The notes under the pieces are model-generated. The model had not been told where the DNA came from. It did not search any database and saw nothing but the letters and a program-made list of their open reading frames with translations. A stretch of DNA of 64,000 nucleotides, taken from positions 32,001 through 96,000 of the forward strand of contig CBDBZY010000044.1 in NCBI GenBank assembly GCA_965213685.1, in the 5' to 3' direction. A program made the position numbers and the translations under genes. Positions 30,447 through 40,407 of the stretch are shown here, one piece after another; the first letter of the stretch is position 1; every line of letters begins with the position of its first letter. The stretch is from a bacterium. GTDB lineage: Bacteria; UBA8248.

Positions 30447-31361
30447 ATGGATGCCTCCACACATGCCCTGGGCCTGCTGTTCGCCGTCTCGGCGCTCCTG
30501 AGCTGGGGGAGCCTGTCCTTTTTCATTCGCCTGGCGATGAAAAACGCGCCGCTTCTCAAAACGACCGCGGCCACCTCCACCCTCAACGGCGCGTTCGTCG
30601 CCATCCTGGTTTTCTGTACGCTGCCGATGTCCGCTTTTCGGCCGCAGCTGGCCAAGACCTGGGTGCTCATCCCCGTCACCGGCTTTTTCATGATCACCAT
30701 CTCCCGGCTTACCTACTATTACGCCATCAGGCGCATCGGGCCCAGCCGCACGATTCCCATCGCCGCGAGCACGCCGGAGGTCACCGCGCTGCTGGCCGCC
30801 GTGTTTTTGGACGAGCCCTTTACGGTGCCCATCATCCTGGGCCTCTTGTGCCTGATGGCGGGCCTCACCGTGGTGGTGCGCTCCGCTCCGGCCCAGGCGA
30901 ATCCCGCGGCGGGCCTCGCCCGGGGGAGCGTCGTCGCGGGCTACGTCTCGGCCGGCTTGACCACGCTGAACTGGAGCGCTTCGGGCGTCATGCTGAAGAC
31001 GATAGCCCTGGACGTGGACGCGCTCGCCGCTTCCGCCTGGGTGATCTGGGTAGGGCTCGCCTTCGCCTGGGTTCTGGCGTTCGCCTTTGGTCCCAAAGGA
31101 GAGGGGGGGAGGATACCCCGGGCGAGCTGGAAGTGGATGCTCGTGGCCGCCCTTTGCCAGACGATAGCCATCCCGTCGTACAGCAACGCCCTGGCCCGCA
31201 CCTACGCGGTGAACGTCTCCTCCGTCACGTCGATTCAGCCGCTTCTGGTGATTCTGGGCTCTCACCTGTTTTTGCGGGAGACGGAGAACGTCACGCCGAG
31301 GCTCGTCCTCGGCGCCGTGATGACGGTCTTCGGAACCATTTTGATTCTGAGCGGACTCTAA
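30447..31361 (+). CDS. EamA/DMT family transporter
   Basis: About 10 TM segments; YAIRRIGPSRT..AAVFLDEP and SHLFLRETE repeats. Confidence 0.85.
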   Translation: MDASTHALGLLFAVSALLSWGSLSFFIRLAMKNAPLLKTTAATSTLNGAFVAILVFCTLPMSAFRPQLAKTWVLIPVTGFFMITISRLTYYYAIRRIGPSRTIPIAASTPEVTALLAAVFLDEPFTVPIILGLLCLMAGLTVVVRSAPAQANPAAGLARGSVVAGYVSAGLTTLNWSASGVMLKTIALDVDALAASAWVIWVGLAFAWVLAFAFGPKGEGGRIPRASWKWMLVAALCQTIAIPSYSNALARTYAVNVSSVTSIQPLLVILGSHLFLRETENVTPRLVLGAVMTVFGTILILSGL

Positions 31362-32581
31362 TCGTCGCCGATGCGCTCCACGCCCTTCCGCACGAAGACG
31401 GCCCCGTGGCCGAAGCGCTCCCTGATCTGGTCCAGGCTGCGCACGAGGCGCTCCTCCTTCTCCCGGTCTTGATCGTCGATGAGGAGGGGTTGCGCCCGGG
31501 GCGTATCCAGGCCGGACAGGTAGATGCCCAACAGGCGAACCTTTCGGTTTTTCGCCTCGTTCGCGCAGGTGTGCCGCAGCAGGCCAAGGGCGGGTTCGAT
31601 GATCTCCTTGTCGAGGCGCGTCGGCTTCTCCAGCGTGCGGGAGCGCGTCAGGGTCGTAAAATCCGGGAAGCGGATTTTGAGGGTGATCTGCCTCGCGCAC
31701 AGCCCGCGGCCCCGCACCCGCGCGCTTGCCTGCTCGGCCAGCTCGGCGAGCGCGGCCTCCAGCCTGGAGCGCTTCGAGACGTCCTCGGGAAAGGTGGTTT
31801 CCTTGCCAATGCTCTTGGGCCGGCTTTCGAGCACGAGTTCGGAATCGTCTTGTCCCCTCGCCTTCCGGTAGAGGTCGGGCCCGAGGTTCTGGAATTGCGC
31901 CTCCAGGAAAGAGGGCGACTGCCTCGCGAGGTCGCCGATGGTGCGAATCCCCAGACGCTTCAGCTTCGCGGCCATCACCTTCCCCACGCCGGGGACGCTG
32001 CTCACGGCCAGGGGACGCAAAAAGGCTTCCTCGCCGCCCGGGTACACGTGCAGGATGCCGGCGGGCTTCGAGAGTGCGGACGCGATTTTGGACACCAGGC
32101 GGCTGGACGCCATGCCGATGGACGCCGAGCATCTGGTCTCCCGCCGCACCCTTTCCCGGATTCGCGCCGCCGTCTCCAGCGGGGGGCCGTGGAGGCGCTC
32201 GGTTCCGCTCAGGTCCAGGTAGGCCTCATCCACGGAGACGGCCTGGAGCGCGGGCGTGAAATCCTTCAGTATCCCCATCACCCGCTTCGAGGCGTCGCGA
32301 TACTTAGAATGATTCGCCTGTATGTAGACGGCGTGGGGGCATAGCGACCTCGCCCGGGCCATGGGCATGGCCGAGTGCACGCCGAACGCTCTCGCCTCGT
32401 AGGAGGCCGCGGACACCACGCCGCGCGCACCCACGCTGCCGCCCACGATCACCGGCTGATTCTCCAGCGAAGGGTCTCCCATGCGTTCCACGGACACAAA
32501 AAAGGCGTCCATGTCCACATGGGCGATGAGGCGGTTGTCCGCGCGCGCCTCGCGCGTCTCCTCACCCGGTCGCCCCTGCAT
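31358..32581 (-). CDS. dinB: DNA polymerase IV (Y family)
   Basis: HVDMDAFFVSVE, SAASYEARAFGVHSAMP, SVDEAYLD, KPAG and VRLLGI. Confidence 0.95.
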   Translation of the reverse strand: MQGRPGEETREARADNRLIAHVDMDAFFVSVERMGDPSLENQPVIVGGSVGARGVVSAASYEARAFGVHSAMPMARARSLCPHAVYIQANHSKYRDASKRVMGILKDFTPALQAVSVDEAYLDLSGTERLHGPPLETAARIRERVRRETRCSASIGMASSRLVSKIASALSKPAGILHVYPGGEEAFLRPLAVSSVPGVGKVMAAKLKRLGIRTIGDLARQSPSFLEAQFQNLGPDLYRKARGQDDSELVLESRPKSIGKETTFPEDVSKRSRLEAALAELAEQASARVRGRGLCARQITLKIRFPDFTTLTRSRTLEKPTRLDKEIIEPALGLLRHTCANEAKNRKVRLLGIYLSGLDTPRAQPLLIDDQDREKEERLVRSLDQIRERFGHGAVFVRKGVERIGDD

Positions 32582-32617
32582 CTGTCCATCCCTCTTGTGT
32601 TCCGGCGGGCGACGGCG

Positions 32618-33235
32618 TCAATACTTTCTGAGCACGCCGAGGACGACGCCCTGTATCCGTAGATCCTCCTCCCGCACCATGATGGGCGCCATCGCCGCGT
32701 TGGCGGGCTGCAGCCGGATTTGCGCGCCCTCGCGATAGAACCGCTTCAGGGTGGCGGATTCTCCCTCTATGAGCGCCACCACGGTCTCGCCGTTGAGGGC
32801 GCTCTGCCGGCTCTCCACGATGACGTAGTCTCCGTCCTGGATGTGATCCTCGATCATCGAGTCGCCCCTCACCTGCAAGACGTAGAGGTTGCTGTCTCCG
32901 GAGGCCCAGGGAAGCGGTATGGTCTCCGTGTCCTCTATCGCCTCGAGCGGCAGGCCCGCCGCAATCACGCCGCGCAGGGGAAGTTCCGCTGTCGCTTGCC
33001 CGGCGGCCGGGCCGATGGTATCCGATCCGGGAACGATCTCTATGGCCCGGCTCCTGTTCCAACTCCTTTTGATGAGGCCTTTTTGCGCGATGTTTTGCAG
33101 GTGCTTGTGCACGGTGGCGGGTGAGGTGAGGCGAAAATGTTTTCCGATCTCCGTGATCGACGGCGCGTAGCCGTTCGCGTCGATGAACTTCTTGATGTAT
33201 TCATAGATTTCTCGCTGCCTGCGCGTCAGGAACAT
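32618..33235 (-). CDS. lexA: SOS repressor LexA
   Basis: ATG 33235 after AAGGAGG; LTRRQREIY HTH, AAG cleavage site, GDSM Ser and TLKR Lys. Confidence 0.96.
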   Translation of the reverse strand: MFLTRRQREIYEYIKKFIDANGYAPSITEIGKHFRLTSPATVHKHLQNIAQKGLIKRSWNRSRAIEIVPGSDTIGPAAGQATAELPLRGVIAAGLPLEAIEDTETIPLPWASGDSNLYVLQVRGDSMIEDHIQDGDYVIVESRQSALNGETVVALIEGESATLKRFYREGAQIRLQPANAAMAPIMVREEDLRIQGVVLGVLRKY

Positions 33236-33462
33236 GAAAGACCTCCTTTTCCCGAATCGTTGGGCGGAGCCGGGAGAGCGTGTCGAACCTGCGGGCGGAG
33301 CCGGACGACGCCTCCGGTGGCCGTTCCGGGAGCGAAGACCGGGCGGCCGGCGAGAGGGACGCCCTCGGTACTCCCTGCGGCGACGCTTTCCGCCCGGGAC
33401 TGGCGAACTTCCCCGTTTTGGTGCAGGATGCGGGCAGTCACGGCGAATGGCCTCCACAAGCA

Positions 33463-33520
33463 TATGTTTTGCGAACATAGTACGTTATTAATACAAACAA
33501 ATTACAAACAGATTTGCAAG
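33463..33520 (-). promoter_or_regulatory. AT-rich lexA-dinB promoter region with candidate SOS operators
   Basis: Palindrome TATGTT-N5-AACATA (33463-33479) and direct repeat TACAAACA x2 at 11-bp spacing (33492-33510) in a conspicuous AT-rich patch. Confidence 0.55.
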
Positions 33521-33673
33521 CCCCTCGTTTGCGTTTTTGCTTCTTCCGGGGTTTCCGAAGGGGCCATTCGGAGGAACTCTTGGGCGGGGGAGAGGGATAA
33601 GTCCATCGATTCTGTGGCGGGCGGCCTGTCCGGAAGAACGGGGGGCCCGCTTCCATTTGCGGGAGGCGTGAGG

Positions 33674-34396
33674 ATGGCGTGCGTCCGGTATGAAAAACGA
33701 AACGCCCTTGGCCGCGTCACGCTGGCGCGCGCACCACAGGCGAATCGCCTGACGTTCGGGATGATGGGAGAACTCACCGAGGCGCTCCTCCGGGCGGGCG
33801 AGGAGTGCGACGTCATCCTGCTCGACGGCGAGGGGGAGGATTTTTGCGCCGGAAGGGAGAGCGTTCGCGGCGGTGCCCAGCTGCCGCCGGTGAGCCGGAT
33901 ACGGGAGCGCTTCCGGGAGATCGTCCGGATGAACGACGCCCTGGAGTTTTCTCCCGCCGTGACGGTGGCGGCCCTCCGGGGCCGCGCCCATGGCCCGGGA
34001 GCCGGCCTGATCAGCCGCGCGGACATCGTGCTGGCTTCAGACACCGCGCGCATCGCCTTTCCCGAGATACGGGAGGGCTTTCCGCCCACGGTGGTCATCA
34101 GCCATCTGGCGAGAAAGCTGCATCGGCGTCACGGCTTCGAGATGGTCATCACCGGTCGGGAGGTCGACGCGGAGGAGGGCAGGCGCATCGGCATGGTGAA
34201 TCGCGTGGTTTCCGACGCCGCGCTGGATTCCGAGGCGCAGCGCCTGTGCGCGGACCTGGCGGGGCTGGGCGGCGATTGTCTCAGACCGACCAAGGCGTTT
34301 TATCGCTTCGCGGAAACCGCCCGCCCGGAGGCGAACGCGGACCACGCGGTGAACCTGATAGCCAACGCCATCCACTCGAAGGGAGACGTGGGCTAG
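33674..34396 (+). CDS. Enoyl-CoA hydratase/isomerase family protein
   Basis: EDFCAG, AALRGRAHGPGAGL, IAFPEIREG, TGREVDAEEG and GMVNRVV. Confidence 0.85.
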   Translation: MACVRYEKRNALGRVTLARAPQANRLTFGMMGELTEALLRAGEECDVILLDGEGEDFCAGRESVRGGAQLPPVSRIRERFREIVRMNDALEFSPAVTVAALRGRAHGPGAGLISRADIVLASDTARIAFPEIREGFPPTVVISHLARKLHRRHGFEMVITGREVDAEEGRRIGMVNRVVSDAALDSEAQRLCADLAGLGGDCLRPTKAFYRFAETARPEANADHAVNLIANAIHSKGDVG

Positions 34397-34513
34397 CGCG
34401 GAGGTCTTTGACGAACCATCCGGGGGAAGCCTGATCTGCGTCGTCGGGAATCGTCGAGCGGGACGCGAGACGCGAGAGGACGCGCCCGCCCTGTTGTGCA
34501 AGGAGAAGAACGG

Positions 34514-36178
34514 ATGCCAACCATGACGGCTGGACACGCGGTGGCGGATGCGCTGGCGAAACTGGGGGTGCGGCACGTTATCGGCATGGCGGGCTCATGC
34601 ATGATCGAGATACTCGACGGCATGTATGGCCGCGATGATATCTCTTTCCTGACGGTGCGTCACGAGCAGAGCGCCGCCCTGATGGCGGACGCCTTCGCGC
34701 GCCTCACGGGGGAGGTGGGCGTGTGCATGGCCACGAACGGGCCTGGCGCCACGAACCTCGTCACCGGCGTGGCGCACGCCATGATGGCGCAAAGCCCGGT
34801 GCTGGTCATCACCGGCGCCCCCATGATGAAGGACACGTTTCGGGACTCCACCCAGGAGCTCGACCAGATCGCCATGTTCCGCCCGATGGTGAAATGGTCG
34901 GTCCAGCTGAGAACGCCCGCGCGCGCGGCCGACGTGATTCGGGAAGCCTGCCACGCCGCCACCTCGGGGGTGCCGGGCCCCGTCCATGTCGACTTGCCGC
35001 GCGACGTGATGAACGAGAGCGCGGATTATCCGGAGGGGAACGGCTTGGCTCCCGTGAGCCGGGCGCGGCTCGCTCCGGATTCCGGGGCGGTCGCACAGGC
35101 GGCGGCGCTCCTGCGGTCCGCCGAGCGGCCCTTGCTCCTGGGCGGCGGAGGCGTTCTCTGGGACGGGGCGAGCGATGACTTGGTCGCGCTGGCCGAGGCG
35201 CTGGACGCCCCCATCATGGCGTCCACCGGAAGGGACGACCTCGCGCCGAACCAGCACCCCCTGTTTCTGGGTTCGGTTGGCCGCGGAACGCTGCCCGAGG
35301 CGAGAGACCTCTTTGAGAGGGCGGACGTCGTCTTCGCCGTCGGCACGAGGCTGGCGCATTCCACCACGTTTTTGCGGCCGGATTTTTTCCGGGAGGCGAA
35401 GCTCGTCCACGCGGCCGTGGACCCCAGAAACATCGGCAGAAATTTCCCGGTCGAGGTGGGGATGAACGCGGAGGCGGGACTCGCCATCCGGGCGGTGCTC
35501 GCGGGGCTGGGCGAGAAGGCGGCGCGCCCCGCGTGGCGCCGGGAGGCCGAGGCGGTTCGCGCCGCCCAGAGAAGGCATCGGGAACGGGCGCTGGAGTATG
35601 GCGGAAAGCCGATTGACCCCAGGCGCGCGCAGATGGCGCTCGCCAGGGTCTTGCCCAGGAACACCATCATCACGAACGACGCGGGTAGTGCTGCGGGCTA
35701 CGTGTATGAGTATCAAAGATTCGATCAGGCCCGGAGCCTCCTGGCCCCGCAGGACCTGGCGGCCATCGGGATCGGCTACCCCCTGGGGCTTGGGGCCAAG
35801 CTCGCGCGCCCGAAGCAAAAGGTCGTCACCATCAGCGGCGATGGCGCGTTTTTGTGCAACGGGGCCGAGCTGGAGACCGCGATGCGGGAGAACCTGCCCA
35901 CGGTCTGCGTGATTCTGAACAACTTCAACCTGGGGTCGGAGCGCGCCTACCAGAAACATTTCTATGATGGCCGCTACATCGCGGACGCCATCGGCAATCC
36001 GCGGTTCGACGAATACGCCCGCGTCTTCGGCGCCGCGGGCTATCGGGTGGAGGACCCCGAAGACCTGGAGGACGTCTACGCGCAGGCGCTTCGGGAGGAG
36101 CGCCCCGCCGTCGTCGACGTTCTGATCGATCAGGACGTCTTCCCGGAGCCGCGGCGCAAGGACGCGGTGAAAACGTGA
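34514..36178 (+). CDS. Thiamine-pyrophosphate-dependent enzyme (acetolactate synthase / Xsc-like)
   Basis: VRHEQSAALMAD, TNGPGATN, GPVHVDLPRD and the GDG..NN TPP motif. Confidence 0.88.
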   Translation: MPTMTAGHAVADALAKLGVRHVIGMAGSCMIEILDGMYGRDDISFLTVRHEQSAALMADAFARLTGEVGVCMATNGPGATNLVTGVAHAMMAQSPVLVITGAPMMKDTFRDSTQELDQIAMFRPMVKWSVQLRTPARAADVIREACHAATSGVPGPVHVDLPRDVMNESADYPEGNGLAPVSRARLAPDSGAVAQAAALLRSAERPLLLGGGGVLWDGASDDLVALAEALDAPIMASTGRDDLAPNQHPLFLGSVGRGTLPEARDLFERADVVFAVGTRLAHSTTFLRPDFFREAKLVHAAVDPRNIGRNFPVEVGMNAEAGLAIRAVLAGLGEKAARPAWRREAEAVRAAQRRHRERALEYGGKPIDPRRAQMALARVLPRNTIITNDAGSAAGYVYEYQRFDQARSLLAPQDLAAIGIGYPLGLGAKLARPKQKVVTISGDGAFLCNGAELETAMRENLPTVCVILNNFNLGSERAYQKHFYDGRYIADAIGNPRFDEYARVFGAAGYRVEDPEDLEDVYAQALREERPAVVDVLIDQDVFPEPRRKDAVKT

Positions 36179-36194
36179 ACCGGCGAAACGGGGG

Positions 36195-37433
36195 CTAGCG
36201 GTCCTCCCCGGGCAGCCGCGCCACGGAGCCGTAGCATGCGCAGCCCAGCACCGCCGCCGCGAGGGCGAGCCAGCCGAGTGCGTCGAAATCGCCCCAGCGT
36301 ATGGCGAAACCGCCCAGGGCGGCCCCCAGGAACAGGCCGACCTGGTTGCTCGTCGCATAGGCGCCGATGATGGCGCCGCGCGCCTGCGGTGCGAGCGATA
36401 TGAGATCGTCCATGACGGCCACGCGGCTGAGCTGGCTCAAGAGCGAGAACGCGAAGCCCGCCGCGATGGCGACGGGAAGCCAGGCCGCCCAGGAGAAGTG
36501 CGCCGCCAGAAGCCCCGCCTGTAGTAGCGCCAACCCGGCGATGACGAGGAAGCGCGGCCCGACGCCCGCGAGCGCGCCCCCGAGAAGACCGCCGATGAGG
36601 GCGCCCACCGACATGGTCGTGAGCAGGCTGCCCGCCGAGGAGAGGGAGACGCCGAAGCGGCGCAGCAGGAAGACGGATACATACGTGAGAAAGGCGGAGG
36701 TCATGAGCCGCTCGATGACGTTGCCGCTCATCAAGAGCCACGCGACGCGCTGGCGCATCCATGCGAAGCTGGCGAGATAGGAGACCGGCGGCCCGGCGCG
36801 CCTTCGCGAGGGCAACGCCCGCATCGTGTAGAGGCAGAGCAGCAGGCCGAACGCGCCCGCTATGCGCAGTCCGCTGCGCCATCCCCAAAGGTCTGTCAGG
36901 AAAGCCACGCCCGGGATTCCGATGAGCAGGCTCGCCGCCACGCCGGAGGTCGCGAGCCCCAGCGCGAGCCCCCGGCGTCGGCCCGTGAAATGATCTCCGA
37001 TGGCGGCCACCGCCGAGGGCGGCACCAGGGCGCCGCTGCAGCCTGTGGCGAAGCGGCAGACGGCCACCGTGAGGTAGTCGTCCGCGAACGACGTGGCGAT
37101 GTTGGACAGGGAGAGGCCCAGCACCCCGATGAGGATGATCGCCTTGCGGCCGTAGCGATCCGACACAGGCCCCAGCAGGGGCGCGCCCAGGCCCCAGGGA
37201 ATGAAGGCGACGGCCGCCAGCTGCCCCATGGAGGTGATGGAGAGGTTCATCTCCCGTCCCATGACGTCCAGCATGGGGCCCAGGATGAAAGCGGTGCCGT
37301 AGGCGGTGAATATGGTGAAAAAACACGCGAGGATGATCTGCCGCCCTCCCCGGAGGCCGGCGTCCTCCTTGCGGGGGGCGGAACGCATGCGCACCCCCCG
37401 GGAGGGGGACGCCCCGGATGGCTCACCCTGCAT
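36195..37433 (-). CDS. MFS transporter (DHA1-like)
   Basis: 12 TM segments and motif A GPVSDRYGRK. Start may be ATG 37388. Confidence 0.88.
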   Translation of the reverse strand: MQGEPSGASPSRGVRMRSAPRKEDAGLRGGRQIILACFFTIFTAYGTAFILGPMLDVMGREMNLSITSMGQLAAVAFIPWGLGAPLLGPVSDRYGRKAIILIGVLGLSLSNIATSFADDYLTVAVCRFATGCSGALVPPSAVAAIGDHFTGRRRGLALGLATSGVAASLLIGIPGVAFLTDLWGWRSGLRIAGAFGLLLCLYTMRALPSRRRAGPPVSYLASFAWMRQRVAWLLMSGNVIERLMTSAFLTYVSVFLLRRFGVSLSSAGSLLTTMSVGALIGGLLGGALAGVGPRFLVIAGLALLQAGLLAAHFSWAAWLPVAIAAGFAFSLLSQLSRVAVMDDLISLAPQARGAIIGAYATSNQVGLFLGAALGGFAIRWGDFDALGWLALAAAVLGCACYGSVARLPGEDR

Positions 37434-37616
37434 GCCAAGCCATCCCGCCGCTCCGGAAAGTGGGGCGCGCCGCTCCTGTGTCTGTCCGTTGAGGGGGGCG
37501 GCCTGGCGGTTTTTCCATGAACGCGGTTTTCCCTTCCCGTCTGGCGGAAGCGGTTCCCGATGGGCCGGGGGTGCCGATGGCGCGCATGGGTCGAGGCGTT
37601 GGCGGCGGCGGATTCG

Positions 37617-39206
37617 TCAGTTCACCCTGCGCGCCCTTCCCGCCCAGTGCTTTTCCCGAATCTCGCGCCGGAGGATTTTCCCCTGCGCATTTTTGGGAAT
37701 TTCTCGGAGGAATTCAATGTGCCTGGGCTTCTTGAAGCCGGCGATATGTTTTTGCGTGAAGTCGATGATCTCCGAAGGGGCGGGGGACTCCCCGGGGTGG
37801 AGGACGACCATGGCCTTGACGGCCTCGCCCCATCTGTCATCGGGCGTGCCTATCACGAGTGCCTCCGCGATGGCGGGATGCCGGCACAGCGCGCGCTCCA
37901 CCTCTGAGGGATATACGTTGAATCCGCCCGTGATGATCATCTCGCTTTTGCGATCCAGGATGTAGAGATACCCCTCTTCATCCGCGCGGGCGAGGTCTCC
38001 GGTGTGCACCCAGCCGCCTCGCATGGTCTGGGCCGTCGCTTCGGGGTTCTTCCAGTATCCGGCCATGGCGTAGTCTCCCCGGACGCAGATCTCTCCCGTC
38101 TCGCCTGCGGCGACGGGCCGATCCTCCTCGTCGAGGAGTTCGAGTTCGACGCCCGCGGCGGCCCGTCCGCACGATGCGAGGCGCCTGCGCTCCCGGGGCG
38201 TTCCGTCCACGACGTGATCCCACGGGTCGAGGATCGCGATGGGCTGGCGCGCCTCCGTCAGCCCGTAGGTTTGCCGGAAGACGGGGCCGATTCTCTCGAT
38301 GGCGCGCCGCAGGTTGTCCTCCGAGATGGGGGCGGCGCCGTAGGTGATCGTGTGCAGGCGCGAGGCGTCCGCACGTTCGATCCCCTCCCATTCGATGAGC
38401 CGCTGCACCATGGTGGAAACGAGATAGGTGGTCGTCGCCCCCTCCTGTTGTACCATCCCGAAGAACAGCCCCGGCTCGAACCTGGGCATGATGATGTTTC
38501 GCGCCCCCCGGAGGAAGGTGGTCTCGATGAAGTTGAAAGACGCATGGGTCATGGGGCCCGCGTGGAGCATGGAGTCGCGCGGGTTGAGCCGATAGTCGAG
38601 GTTTCGGAAGAATTTCGACAGCCATGCGCGGTGCGTCCGGTGCGTGTTGACGACCCCCTTGGGCTGGCCCGTCGTGCCGGACGTGTAGTGGAGGTGGAAC
38701 AGGGAGTCCGGCGCGAGAATCACCTCGGGGGATGCGGCGGCGCTTCTCCGGAGCCAGTCCTCATGGGCGGCGGCGCCCTCCTCCTCGCCCTCCCATCCGA
38801 CGGCAACGATGTGGCGCAGATGCGGACATTCCTTCCGGAGCTCCGCCGCGTATTCCCTGTGGCGCTCGTCCAGGAACAGGAACGCGGCCTCCGAGTGGTT
38901 CAGTATGTGGACGTGTTCCTCGAGAACGTTGCGTCCGTGCAGATTCAGGGAGGCGCCGCCGGCCATCGCGACGCCGAAGTTGATCTCGATGATCTCGGCG
39001 CGGTTTCCCATCAGCTTGGCGACGCGGTCGCCAGGTGCCAGGCGATGCGCGAGGAGCGCGTTCGCCACCCGCTTGCTTCTGTCGTAGACGTCGCGAAAAC
39101 GCAGACGGCGCGCGCCATCCACCACCGCCTCGCGCGGGCCGTATCTGGCGGCCGCCCAGGCGAGATTCGCCCCTGGATGGATGCTGGGTGTGTTCTCTGC
39201 CTTCAT
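37617..39206 (-). CDS. AMP-binding acyl-CoA ligase
   Basis: ATG 39206; YTSGTTGQPKG, YGLTE, HTGDL, GGFNVYPSEVE and PKNAQGK. Confidence 0.92.
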   Translation of the reverse strand: MKAENTPSIHPGANLAWAAARYGPREAVVDGARRLRFRDVYDRSKRVANALLAHRLAPGDRVAKLMGNRAEIIEINFGVAMAGGASLNLHGRNVLEEHVHILNHSEAAFLFLDERHREYAAELRKECPHLRHIVAVGWEGEEEGAAAHEDWLRRSAAASPEVILAPDSLFHLHYTSGTTGQPKGVVNTHRTHRAWLSKFFRNLDYRLNPRDSMLHAGPMTHASFNFIETTFLRGARNIIMPRFEPGLFFGMVQQEGATTTYLVSTMVQRLIEWEGIERADASRLHTITYGAAPISEDNLRRAIERIGPVFRQTYGLTEARQPIAILDPWDHVVDGTPRERRRLASCGRAAAGVELELLDEEDRPVAAGETGEICVRGDYAMAGYWKNPEATAQTMRGGWVHTGDLARADEEGYLYILDRKSEMIITGGFNVYPSEVERALCRHPAIAEALVIGTPDDRWGEAVKAMVVLHPGESPAPSEIIDFTQKHIAGFKKPRHIEFLREIPKNAQGKILRREIREKHWAGRARRVN

Positions 39207-39241
39207 GGAAAGGGGATGATACAGGTATCGCGGGACAAGTT

Positions 39242-39742
39242 CTATACGGGGGCCGGGTCCCTTGCGGCGGCGAGGGCGGCGAGAATCGGCCGGACGTCCG
39301 CGCAATCCTCCAGTGCGGACAAATCCCCGAAGGCGCGTTCGACGCACCCGGGCGCCAATCTCACGGCGGCTTCCTCGGCGCAGGAGAAGAATTTCTCCCT
39401 TCTCTCGGCTTCGCTCATGGGCCATTCGGGGGCGCCCTTGATGGCGTCGTGCGTGACGTCGGCTGCGCGCCCGTCCCTGAGGCGGACGGAAACGCGCACG
39501 GGCACGAGCAGCAGGCTGCCCCTCTCCCAGACGCGCACTTTCGTCTTGCGGGCGAGTGCTTGCGCCGCCACGTCCGAGACGATGGCGTCCGGCGCGAAAT
39601 GCGCGATGCGCGGCGCGCCCCGCAGGAGGGAAAACGCCGTCGTCCATTGCGCGCTGAATTGCGCGTCCACTTGCGGATTTTCCCTGAGCCGGAAGGGCTG
39701 CCCGATCATCGAATGGCCGATGGGCGTGGTCCACACCTCCAC
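39242..39742 (-). pseudogene. MmgE/PrpD-family gene, 3' fragment
   Basis: VEVWTT..VDAQFSAQW..VRVSVRLRDGR..IKGAPEWPMSEAERREKFFSC is the PrpD C-terminal domain; similarity stops at the insertion junction. Confidence 0.8.
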
Positions 39743-39912
39743 GCACCGATGGTGCCCGCCAATGCTCAGACTCAATCTACCGATAGGCATAGACAACTCG
39801 TTTATTTTCAGTGCCTTATCAGTTTTCGTCTTCCTATCCCGACTCCTTCTCGCCACAAACCGGCTTAGCTTTCAGGACACGATATTGCCACGGCGGATCA
39901 AGTCGCGGCCCA

Positions 39913-40407
39913 TCAGATGCCCAATGTTTCGCGCAACACGCCGGGCAACCCTTCGATGTCTTCCATATCGGCCAACTTCTTCGTGATCTTGTAGGTGACG
40001 GCCTGACCTTCCGCCATCCTGACGAGCCTTCCGGCACGTTCCTCCGCAACGTCGCCCTTGCGCCACATGTTGAATACGATTCTCTGCGGACATATGCCGA
40101 GGCAAAGCAGGTAATCGTAACGGCGATCTAAGCGTACGTGATTGAACTGGAAAGTTCCATTTGAACCTAAAGACGCAGTTTTCACCTCGAAGCTACGCTT
40201 GGCGATTGTCATGTCTGTTGCAGATGTTCGCCCGCCGTTGGCAACTTCTATCCCGGCAGCACGTAGGTACCGGCGGATGAACTCCTCTCCGATCTCGCCC
40301 CTGTTTGTGTTGCCAAGCAAGCGGTAGCCCATGAGCGGCGAGTCTTGCCAGATGTCTTCGGGCGCGTGTTCCCTGATGACCTCCACCAGAAGTTCAACGG
40401 GATTCAT
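39913..40407 (-). CDS. Putative PD-(D/E)xK restriction endonuclease
   Basis: 164 aa; RGEIGEEF helix and TD-x8-EVKTA catalytic pattern; ATGA-coupled to the upstream MTase. Confidence 0.7.
   Translation of the reverse strand: MNPVELLVEVIREHAPEDIWQDSPLMGYRLLGNTNRGEIGEEFIRRYLRAAGIEVANGGRTSATDMTIAKRSFEVKTASLGSNGTFQFNHVRLDRRYDYLLCLGICPQRIVFNMWRKGDVAEERAGRLVRMAEGQAVTYKITKKLADMEDIEGLPGVLRETLGI

Noticed and set aside
39750-39790. Minus-strand ...GGCGGGCACCA at the cassette end, resembling a tRNA 3' end or att site
   Set aside because: No T-arm (GTTCRA) or pairing upstream, so it is not supportable as a tRNA fragment.
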